Positions 1 to 7,855 of a stretch of DNA of 64,000 nucleotides are shown here, in pieces. The notes below the pieces were generated by a model, which worked only from the letters and a program-made list of their open reading frames with translations, did no database searches and was not told where the DNA came from. Where the stretch lies: positions 79,605 through 143,604 of the forward strand of contig JAOTWB010000001.1 of NCBI GenBank assembly GCA_029863125.1. Direction: 5' to 3'. Each line of letters opens with the position of its first letter. Position 1 is the stretch's first letter. The position numbers and the translations under genes were made by a program. This DNA comes from Gammaproteobacteria bacterium (GTDB taxonomy: Bacteria > Pseudomonadota > Gammaproteobacteria > Steroidobacterales > Woeseiaceae).

Positions 1-1
1 C

Positions 2-1204
2 CTGCGCAGTCCGGATGGCGGCGACAACCTGTTTCTTTCGTCTGTCATTGCGGTCAACGCTGGCACTGGCGAGTACGTCTGGCACTACCAGACTGTTCCC
101 GAGGACAGCTGGGAGTACAACGCGACGATGAACATCATTCTCGCGGATTTGAATATCGACGGCAAGCAACGGCAGACGCTGCTGATCGCGCCGAAGAACG
201 GTTTTCATTACGTTTTGGACCGGCATACGGGCGAGCTAATTGCCGCGGACAAGTTTGCGAAGGTTAACTGGGCGACACACATCAACCTCGAGACGGGCAG
301 GCCCGTTTACGATCCGGCTGCTGAATATTGGGCGCGACCTGATGACGCTGTCGCCGTCTGGCCAAATATGTGGGGTGCGCACAGCTGGAATCCGATGGCG
401 TATCACCCGCAGCTCCAGCTCGTTTACATCCCCGTCATTGACGTCCCGACAGTTGTGACGGGTTACGACAACGGTGATTTCGTCGACACGCTTGAAATGC
501 TCACCGAAGTTGACGGACGGCCGTTCAGCCCGGGCAAACTCGTCGCCTGGGATCCGGTAGCAAACCGGCCGCGCTGGACAGTCGATCACGACCTTCCGTT
601 CAACGGCGGCGTTCTGGCCACGGCCGGTAACCTCGTCTTTCAGGGCGATGCCTTCGGCCGGTTCAGTGCCTACGCGGCAGACAGCGGCGAGAAACTCTGG
701 TCCGTCGCGACCGGCTCAAACATCACGGCGGCCCCTGTCAGCTATTCGCTCAATGGCAAGCAGTACGTCCTGGTGCCTGTTGGTGCAGGCGGCGGCGTTC
801 AGTTCGTCTATCCACAAATGCACGCCGGTGAGCAGATACACGGGCCGACGCGGCTCATGGCATTCGCGCTGAACGAAAAGACATCAATACCGTCGCCAAG
901 AGCCGAATCGCGTCCACTCCCGCCGCAGCCGGAGCTGGATGCAAGCCCGGAGGAGCTTGAAAGGGGACAACAGGTTTTCAGCCGGGAATGCAAAGGCTGT
1001 CACGGCAACAACGCCGTCGCCCGTTTCGGTGGTTCAGTGCCGGACCTGCGTTACGCAACGGCAGATACGCACGCAGCGTGGCACGGCATCGTGATCGGCG
1101 GCGCGCTTCAAATTAACGGCATGCCGCGCTTCGAACTCGGCATCGAAGAATCGGAAGCCGTCCGCAGGTACGTGCTGTCTCAGAGCCTGTCGATCAGCGA
1201 ATAG
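2..1204 (+). CDS. PQQ-dependent quinohemoprotein alcohol dehydrogenase (type II ADH-like), 5' end outside window
   Basis: The frame of ORF 128..1204 stays open back to nt 2 (LRSPDGGDNLFLSSVIAVNAGTGEYVWHYQTVPEDSWEYNAT, typical PQQ propeller text). The C-terminal c-type haem site CKGCH is followed by a GMPRF Met ligand region. Confidence 0.8.
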   Translation: MRSPDGGDNLFLSSVIAVNAGTGEYVWHYQTVPEDSWEYNATMNIILADLNIDGKQRQTLLIAPKNGFHYVLDRHTGELIAADKFAKVNWATHINLETGRPVYDPAAEYWARPDDAVAVWPNMWGAHSWNPMAYHPQLQLVYIPVIDVPTVVTGYDNGDFVDTLEMLTEVDGRPFSPGKLVAWDPVANRPRWTVDHDLPFNGGVLATAGNLVFQGDAFGRFSAYAADSGEKLWSVATGSNITAAPVSYSLNGKQYVLVPVGAGGGVQFVYPQMHAGEQIHGPTRLMAFALNEKTSIPSPRAESRPLPPQPELDASPEELERGQQVFSRECKGCHGNNAVARFGGSVPDLRYATADTHAAWHGIVIGGALQINGMPRFELGIEESEAVRRYVLSQSLSISE

Positions 1205-2475
1205 TAGAGCATGGCAAGCACCATGCCCGGGTAACGCAGCAGCGTGCCGCCCGGGAATATATGTGTCGGCAGCCCCGCAAATACATCAAATCGTGTCGCT
1301 GTACCGCCAATGGCCTCGGCGATGACCTTGCCCGCGAAATTCGCCGTCGAGATACCGTGTCCGGAGTAGCCTTGCGCAAAGTACACATTCGGTTCCAGGC
1401 GTCCAAAATGTGGCAGGCGATTGACGGTGACCGACAGGGTGCCACCCCATGCGTAGTTGATCCTGGCATCGTCGAGCTGCGGAAACAGCTTGAGCATATA
1501 GGGAAGAACGAACTTCGATATGTCGGCCGGGAACTCGCGACGGTAGTTTTCACCACCACCGAACAACAGGCGATGGTCCTCCGAAAGCCGAAAGTAATTG
1601 ACAACAAAACGTGTGTCGTGAACGCCAAATCGTCCATTGATGAGTTCACTTGCGCGTCGCTCACCCAGTGGTTCCGTTGCAATCATGAAATTATTGATCG
1701 GCATTATTTTGCGGGCGATCCGGCGTTCGAGCTTGTCAAGATAGCCGTTGCAGGCCAGGACCACGAAATCGGCCTTCACCGAGCCCTGCGATGTCTCAAC
1801 GAGCGCCGGCTCTGTTCGCGAATAGCTTGTCACGCGTGATCGCTCAAAAATACGCACACCGGCATTCGCGGCAGCATTCGCGATACCGAGTGTATAGTTC
1901 AATGGATGCAGCGCGAGGGCCTGCGAATCGTACAGCGCTCCCAGAAAACCGTCGGTCGCAACGAGCGCTCTCGTTTGTTCTGCATTCAGCGACTTGCAGT
2001 GCGGGTATTCGTATCGCTCAGCCAGCTTGTCGCTCAGCTCCTGTGGCCAACCCTGATAGCGCTTTTTATGAACGCCCACCAGCTGGCCGTTTTGCAAGTC
2101 ACAGGAAATCGCGTGTTTTGTCACTCGCTCCCGAATCTCGTTCTTTGCCAGTTCGGCGAAATCCCATAGTTGCCTCGACCGCTCGTAGCCGAAAGCTTCT
2201 TCGGTTTCAATCACATCTTTGCGCTGGCCGCTGCCGACAAGCCCACCGCAGCGACCCGATGCGCCGAAGCCAATGCGCTCCCCCTCGAGCAAGACGACAT
2301 CGAATCCCTGCTCCGCCAGGTTCAGCGCCGCGGATAACCCGGTAAAACCACCACCAATGACACATACGTCAGCACGCTCAGTCCCTGCCAGCGCCAGGTG
2401 ATCGCGCATGCCCACGGCCGTGGCCGCGAAATAGGTATCGGGATAGCCCGAAGGCAGTTTCTTCTCTTTCTGCAC
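1180..2475 (-). CDS. FAD-dependent oxidoreductase, gamma-glutamylputrescine oxidase (PuuB/OrdL)-like
   Basis: 431-aa ORF with a GTG start. It has an N-terminal dinucleotide fold DVCVIGGGFTGLSAALNLAEQGFDVVLLE and DAO-family length. Its 3' end overlaps the convergent ADH gene by 25 nt. Confidence 0.7.
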   Translation of the reverse strand: MQKEKKLPSGYPDTYFAATAVGMRDHLALAGTERADVCVIGGGFTGLSAALNLAEQGFDVVLLEGERIGFGASGRCGGLVGSGQRKDVIETEEAFGYERSRQLWDFAELAKNEIRERVTKHAISCDLQNGQLVGVHKKRYQGWPQELSDKLAERYEYPHCKSLNAEQTRALVATDGFLGALYDSQALALHPLNYTLGIANAAANAGVRIFERSRVTSYSRTEPALVETSQGSVKADFVVLACNGYLDKLERRIARKIMPINNFMIATEPLGERRASELINGRFGVHDTRFVVNYFRLSEDHRLLFGGGENYRREFPADISKFVLPYMLKLFPQLDDARINYAWGGTLSVTVNRLPHFGRLEPNVYFAQGYSGHGISTANFAGKVIAEAIGGTATRFDVFAGLPTHIFPGGTLLRYPGMVLAMLYYSLIDRL

Positions 2476-2592
2476 GACACGTCCTGGCGATTCACCGCAC
2501 CACGGTAGCCGGAGGAATAATAGCGGACACCGTCGATGCTATTGGGCTATTGTTTCACGATCCAAACAAGAAAGACGGCATGATACTACGCG

Positions 2593-3255
2593 ATGACCAG
2601 GGTAAATCAGCAATGCCATATCTACTTTGATCTCGACGGCACACTAACCGACCCCTACGAAGGCATTACCAGGTGCATCTTGTACGCGCTCGATGAACTT
2701 GGTTTCGCTCACCCGAGTGACGAATACCTGCACAGTTGCATCGGCCCACCTCTGTACGAGACGTTTCCGCAGATGGTCGGCAAGGACCTGACGCTTAAAG
2801 CAATTTCTTTGTACCGGGCGCGATTCGTAGACGCCGGTTGGCGGGAGAACAGACTATACGAGGGAATACTCGATGCGCTGGAAACACTTTCTGCTGCCGG
2901 CTACACCCTGTTCGTCGCCACCAGCAAGCCGCGGGTGCACGCAAAGCGCATCGTCGAACATTTCGGCATGGGGCCTTTTATCGAGGAGGTGTATGGCTGC
3001 GAACTGGACGGCACACGATCCAACAAAGCCGAGCTGTTGAAGTACGCGATCGACGAAAATCCGGACGCAGAAAAACGCATGATGGTCGGTGACCGCAAGC
3101 ACGACCTGATCGGGGCAATCGCGAACGACATGAGGCCAATCGGAGTTGCTTATGGCTACGGATCGGTCGAGGAGCTGAGCAACGCCGGCGCCATCGCTAT
3201 CGCCAGCTCACCTGCGAGCTTGCCGACGGTTGTCTTCAAAAGCCTTGCTGGCTAG
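2593..3255 (+). CDS. HAD-superfamily hydrolase (phosphatase-like)
   Basis: ATG start. HAD motif I is FDLDGTLTD, motif II is VATSKP, and motif III/IV is MVGDRKHD. Confidence 0.75.
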   Translation: MTRVNQQCHIYFDLDGTLTDPYEGITRCILYALDELGFAHPSDEYLHSCIGPPLYETFPQMVGKDLTLKAISLYRARFVDAGWRENRLYEGILDALETLSAAGYTLFVATSKPRVHAKRIVEHFGMGPFIEEVYGCELDGTRSNKAELLKYAIDENPDAEKRMMVGDRKHDLIGAIANDMRPIGVAYGYGSVEELSNAGAIAIASSPASLPTVVFKSLAG

Positions 3256-4073
3256 AACTGCGTCCACCTCGCGGTGATTCCCTTCAGCATTTGTACGAGC
3301 AGCCAGAGGAAGGCCAGCGGCAGGATTATCGTTTGCAGCACAAACAAAACGATGAGATCCACTATGTGCTCAGCGGCTTTCGATGCATTTTCCTGCAGAC
3401 TCGCCAGACGATCAGAGATATTGACGGAGGCCAGCGACTCGTCGATTACCGAATTGAGGCGGTCCATTATCGACGGGTCATCGATGGGCGGAGTCTTCAC
3501 GTCGACATTCGCTTCCTTGATCGATTTTCCCGTCACCTCGAGTGCTGCTGTCGCTTCAGCCTGCTGCGGCACCAGAAAGGCATCGGAGACCAGGTTGGTT
3601 CCTATGACCAGCACAGGAATAATGAATCGGACAACCAGCATCACGAGGAGTATTCGCGACGCTCCCGCCGCTATCTTGTTTTTGTTTAAGCGCGGCGTCC
3701 ATAAAATGACAACGGCCAGTATCGAAGCAACGATCATCGCGATGGTCACGAACCGCGACGCCGTGATGGTCAGCAGCACGTTTTGCAGGCCGAGGGAACT
3801 GGCCGCAACCAGCATAACGCTGGAGAACTGTTCGACCAGGTCGTTGATCGGGTCCAGGATTTGACCAACCGCGACCGTCACGCCGACGCCAACCTCGGTA
3901 CTTTGAACGACCGAAATGACGCCGTTGAGCGTACGCGCCGCCGCAAACGTCACGAGCGCCCGTTTGAGCGCATCCTGGGCATAGGAATCGGCCGCGTGGT
4001 CGGCCACACCGCTCACTGCAACCGCCGAAGCTATTAGCGCAAGCAGCGTCCAGATGATTCTTCGTTGGTCCAT
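3252..4073 (-). CDS. hypothetical membrane protein
   Basis: 273-aa ORF with an ATG start and several hydrophobic segments. I recognise no catalytic motif. Confidence 0.5.
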   Translation of the reverse strand: MDQRRIIWTLLALIASAVAVSGVADHAADSYAQDALKRALVTFAAARTLNGVISVVQSTEVGVGVTVAVGQILDPINDLVEQFSSVMLVAASSLGLQNVLLTITASRFVTIAMIVASILAVVILWTPRLNKNKIAAGASRILLVMLVVRFIIPVLVIGTNLVSDAFLVPQQAEATAALEVTGKSIKEANVDVKTPPIDDPSIMDRLNSVIDESLASVNISDRLASLQENASKAAEHIVDLIVLFVLQTIILPLAFLWLLVQMLKGITARWTQF

Positions 4074-4165
4074 GGTCAGTTCCTAGAATAGCATCGAGCG
4101 CGTCATTGCGTATAAAGTGTCTTGCAATAGGCTAATCGTCGCAGACGGTTTCAGAGGTATACGCC

Positions 4166-4951
4166 ATGGTTACGAGAGCAATTGAACGTCTGCGCCAGAC
4201 CGACTGGCGCATCTTCATGGGCAGCATCATTACCGTACTCTGGCTCATCGCCGGTGTCGTTTATATTCGCGGCGGCAAATTCAGCCAAGCGACAATCTAC
4301 GACATACCGCTGGAGGATATCGGCAGTTTCCTTGAAGGCGCGTTCGCACCGCTCGCGTTCCTGTGGCTGGTCATCGGCCTCTTTATTCAGCAAAGAGAGC
4401 TGGCCGACAATACCGAGGTTCTTCGTCAGACCTCGATCCAATCCGAAAAACAGACCCAGGCTATCGCGGCCACAGAGATGAACGCGCGTCAGGAAACGTT
4501 TTTCAAAATCGCCGAGAGCGTCAAGGGCCAGCTGGGTGGCATAACCGGCATGCTGTTCATCTCTTGTGTCGGTGCAACGGAGGGTCAGCTCGTTCCAAGA
4601 GAACGAATATCGGAGATGTGGCACATGCTTGCCAGGCGCGATGACGCCGTATTTGCGCGCGAATTCCTGCTATTTGACGCAGACGCCTATGGCGGTTACG
4701 AGGCGTTGTTTTACAAGACCGAGATTCGTCGCCGTCATACAGGAAATTTTGTCAGGACATTCGATCGACTGATGGAAATGGCCAGGAACTGCGACAGCCC
4801 AAACGGCATTATCGCGGACTCGTTGGCGCAAACGGCGCACGGACTTCTGTACAACCGCATGCGGGAACACCAACCGAAAGATCAGCACATAGAATGTGCG
4901 CCGGTGGATACGGCAGATTACGAAACGGTATTCGAACAATCTCGAGCCTGA
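4166..4951 (+). CDS. hypothetical membrane protein (two N-terminal TM helices)
   Basis: 261-aa ORF with an ATG preceded by AGAGG. It has two hydrophobic helices followed by a soluble domain of no recognised family. Confidence 0.5.
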   Translation: MVTRAIERLRQTDWRIFMGSIITVLWLIAGVVYIRGGKFSQATIYDIPLEDIGSFLEGAFAPLAFLWLVIGLFIQQRELADNTEVLRQTSIQSEKQTQAIAATEMNARQETFFKIAESVKGQLGGITGMLFISCVGATEGQLVPRERISEMWHMLARRDDAVFAREFLLFDADAYGGYEALFYKTEIRRRHTGNFVRTFDRLMEMARNCDSPNGIIADSLAQTAHGLLYNRMREHQPKDQHIECAPVDTADYETVFEQSRA

Positions 4952-4981
4952 CGAATTATTCCAATAATAAGGGGAACGCTC

Positions 4982-5918
4982 ATGGCTACGAAAGTCGCCG
5001 TCACTCAAAGACCGCCGGTTTTGCTAGACCGGCCGAAAACCATTGCAAGCATGCTTGATTCCGTCGACGAGGCGGCTGCCGAGGGCGCGTCACTCCTCAT
5101 TTTCCCCGAAGCGTACATTCCCGGCTATCCAACGTGGGTCTGGCGCCTTCGACCCGGTGGAGACATGACTCTTGCGGCGAACATCCATACCCGGCTGCGG
5201 CAACACGCTGTTGACCTGTCGCGAGACCACCTGCAGCCGGTACAGGACCGGCGTCAAAACACAACGTCACTATTATTTCCGTGTGCACGAGCTCGACAGC
5301 GAATTTAGCGGCACCACTCTTTTTAACACCGTGGTCGTTATCGGTCCGGACGGGGCCATTCTCAATCGACACCGCAAATTGATGCCCACCAATCCCGAGC
5401 GCATGGTGTGGGGCATCGGTGACGCGACGGGCCTCCGCGTGATCGATACGCCGGCTAGCCGGCTGGGTACGCTGCTCTGCTGGGAGGCGTACATGCCGCT
5501 GGCAAGATATGCCCTGTATGCCCAGGACATCGACATCCTGGTAACGCCGACCTGGGATTGTTCCGACCGTTGGCTGGCGAGCATGCTCCACATTTCGACC
5601 GAAGGCGGTTGTTGGGTAATCTCAACCGCGACCGCGCTGCAAGGTGGTGACGTGCCGGTTGATTTCCCGGAACGCGACAGACTGTTTGCTCCTGAGGAAT
5701 GGATCACCGACGGCAATGCGGTCGTAGTCAACCCAATGGGTGAGCTCGTTGTCGGGCCAATGCGCCGGGAAAAAAGCGTCCTGTACGCCGAAATCGACAG
5801 GGAGGAGGCGCGTCGCGCTCGGCGGTCACTGGACGTTTGTGGCCACTATGCACGCCCCGACGTCTTTTCTTTATCGGTAAATCGACGGCCGCTTGATCCC
5901 GTGACCTTTTCGGATTGA
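4982..5918 (+). pseudogene. nitrilase / carbon-nitrogen hydrolase, reading frame disrupted
   Basis: The Glu region (LLIFPEAYIPGYP) lies in ORF 4982..5308. The Lys (NRHRKLMPT) and Cys (LLCWEAYMP) regions lie in ORF 5172..5918, which is in a different frame. The third frame reads ASKHNVTIISV between about 5251 and 5283, which looks like the missing strand. Confidence 0.65.
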
Positions 5919-5969
5919 TCATGGCATTATCGCCAGAAATGGGAATTTACCTGAGCACGGAGTGAGTTT

Positions 5970-7742
5970 ATGTCGAGACTTATCGGAATGTTGCTCATCA
6001 TCGGACTGCTCACAGCATGCCAGCAAGCTCCGGAATCCTCAGCGCCCGCTGAAAGGGCCGACAAAGGCGCCGAAACGAAAGCGGCGCCGGAGATTAAGCT
6101 GGCCGATGCGGTTTATCATTCGGGCCGCATCTACACAGTCAATCCGGATCAGCCGTGGGCGCAGGCGGTCGCGATTCGCGACGGGAAAATCGTTTTCGTC
6201 GGGTCGGACGACGCCGTTCGCAGCTTAATCGGCCCGCATACCGCTGTACATGACCTGCGGCGTCGCCTGATGTTGCCGGCGTTTCAGGATTCGCACATTC
6301 ATCCGATCATGAGCGGCATTGAAGCTCGGGCGTGTGATCTCAACAGTCTAAATGATGTTGCACTTTACCGGGTCAAGATCTCCGAGTACGCAACGGCCAA
6401 TCCTGACGCGCCGTGGATTCTGGGCGGCGGCTGGTCGATGGCGGTGTTCGGCCCCGGCGCATCACCGAGCCGCAAGATCCTCGATGAACTGGTGCCGGAT
6501 CGTCCCGTGTACCTGAGTTCGGCGGACGGCCACTCCGGATGGGCCAATTCTGTTGCCCTCGAGATCGCCGGCATTACCAAAGACACGCCGAATCCACCCG
6601 ACGGCATCATCGACCGCGACCCTGAATCCGGCGAACCGATCGGCAGCCTGCAGGAAGGCGCTATGGGACTCGTGACGCGACACATCCCCGAAACAACGCT
6701 CGAGGAACGTTTGCAGGGGCTCAGGTACGCCCGCGACATGCTGCACGGATACGGAATTACATCGATTCAGGACGCCATTGTGTATGAGGGCGATCTCGAG
6801 GCCTACGCGGCGCTCGATGCCGCCGCCGACCTGAATCTGCGCGTTGTCGCCTCCCTTTGGTGGGAGCGGGACCAAACGGAAGAACAAATTCCGCATCTCC
6901 TGGAGCTGCGCGAGAGGTTCAATAAGGGACACATTCGACCGACCACCGTAAAGATCATGCAGGACGGGGTCATGGAAAATTATACGGCCGTCATGCTGGA
7001 ACCGTATCTCACCGAAGAAGGCACGCGCGGCATTCCGATGGTTGAACCCGAGTTCCTGAAGGAAGCGGTCAGCCTGCTCGACGCCGACGGGTTCCAGGTA
7101 CACTTTCATGCTATCGGAGATGGTGCCATTCGACAGTCGCTCGATGCGATCGAAGAAGCGCGTAATCGAAACGGTGAACTCGGCCACCGCCATCATATCT
7201 CGCATTTACAGATCATCGACCCGGCGGACATACCCCGCTTTGCCGAGCTCGATGTCACAGCCAACTTCCAGCCCCTCTGGGCCTATGCAGACGATTACGT
7301 TGTCGACCTCACGCTTCCGTTTATCAGCGAGGAGCGTGCAAAATGGATGTACCCGATCAAGTCGGTCATTGATGCCGGCGGCAAGGTGGCGTTCGGCAGT
7401 GACTGGTCCGTTTCGACGGCGAATCCCTTTCCGCAGATCGAGACGGCAATCACGCGAGTGGACGCCGAATCGCATAACACCGAGGTGCTGAACCCCGAGC
7501 AGCGCATCAACCTGCAGCAGGCAATCGAGGCGTTTACGATCAACGCCGCTTTCATCAACAAGCAGGATGACAGCACCGGCTCCATCGAGAAAGGCAAACT
7601 CGCGGACCTGATCGTCATTGATCGCAACCTGTTCGAGATAGAGCCCGGAGAGATATCCGACGCCAGTGTCGTGCTGACGTTGTTCGAGGGCAAACCGGTA
7701 TATGGTGGTCTGAAAACAACATCTCCCCAAGCAGTGAATTGA
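5970..7742 (+). CDS. amidohydrolase-family (Amidohydro_3 / YtcJ-like) metal-dependent hydrolase, lipoprotein
   Basis: Lipobox LLTAC after the signal peptide. Metal-ligand motifs are FQDSHIHP, HFHAIGDGA, ISHLQ and AFGSDWSV. GGAG lies upstream of the ATG. Confidence 0.8.
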   Translation: MSRLIGMLLIIGLLTACQQAPESSAPAERADKGAETKAAPEIKLADAVYHSGRIYTVNPDQPWAQAVAIRDGKIVFVGSDDAVRSLIGPHTAVHDLRRRLMLPAFQDSHIHPIMSGIEARACDLNSLNDVALYRVKISEYATANPDAPWILGGGWSMAVFGPGASPSRKILDELVPDRPVYLSSADGHSGWANSVALEIAGITKDTPNPPDGIIDRDPESGEPIGSLQEGAMGLVTRHIPETTLEERLQGLRYARDMLHGYGITSIQDAIVYEGDLEAYAALDAAADLNLRVVASLWWERDQTEEQIPHLLELRERFNKGHIRPTTVKIMQDGVMENYTAVMLEPYLTEEGTRGIPMVEPEFLKEAVSLLDADGFQVHFHAIGDGAIRQSLDAIEEARNRNGELGHRHHISHLQIIDPADIPRFAELDVTANFQPLWAYADDYVVDLTLPFISEERAKWMYPIKSVIDAGGKVAFGSDWSVSTANPFPQIETAITRVDAESHNTEVLNPEQRINLQQAIEAFTINAAFINKQDDSTGSIEKGKLADLIVIDRNLFEIEPGEISDASVVLTLFEGKPVYGGLKTTSPQAVN

Positions 7743-7855
7743 TTCTATCGGCTTATTCTTGAGCTATACTGGAGGGGAGTTGGAGTTATTTGTGGCGCTG
7801 CCGCAACACAGCCCTCAAAGCGCTCTTTAAGTCAATAAATAAACGGGGGACGAAA

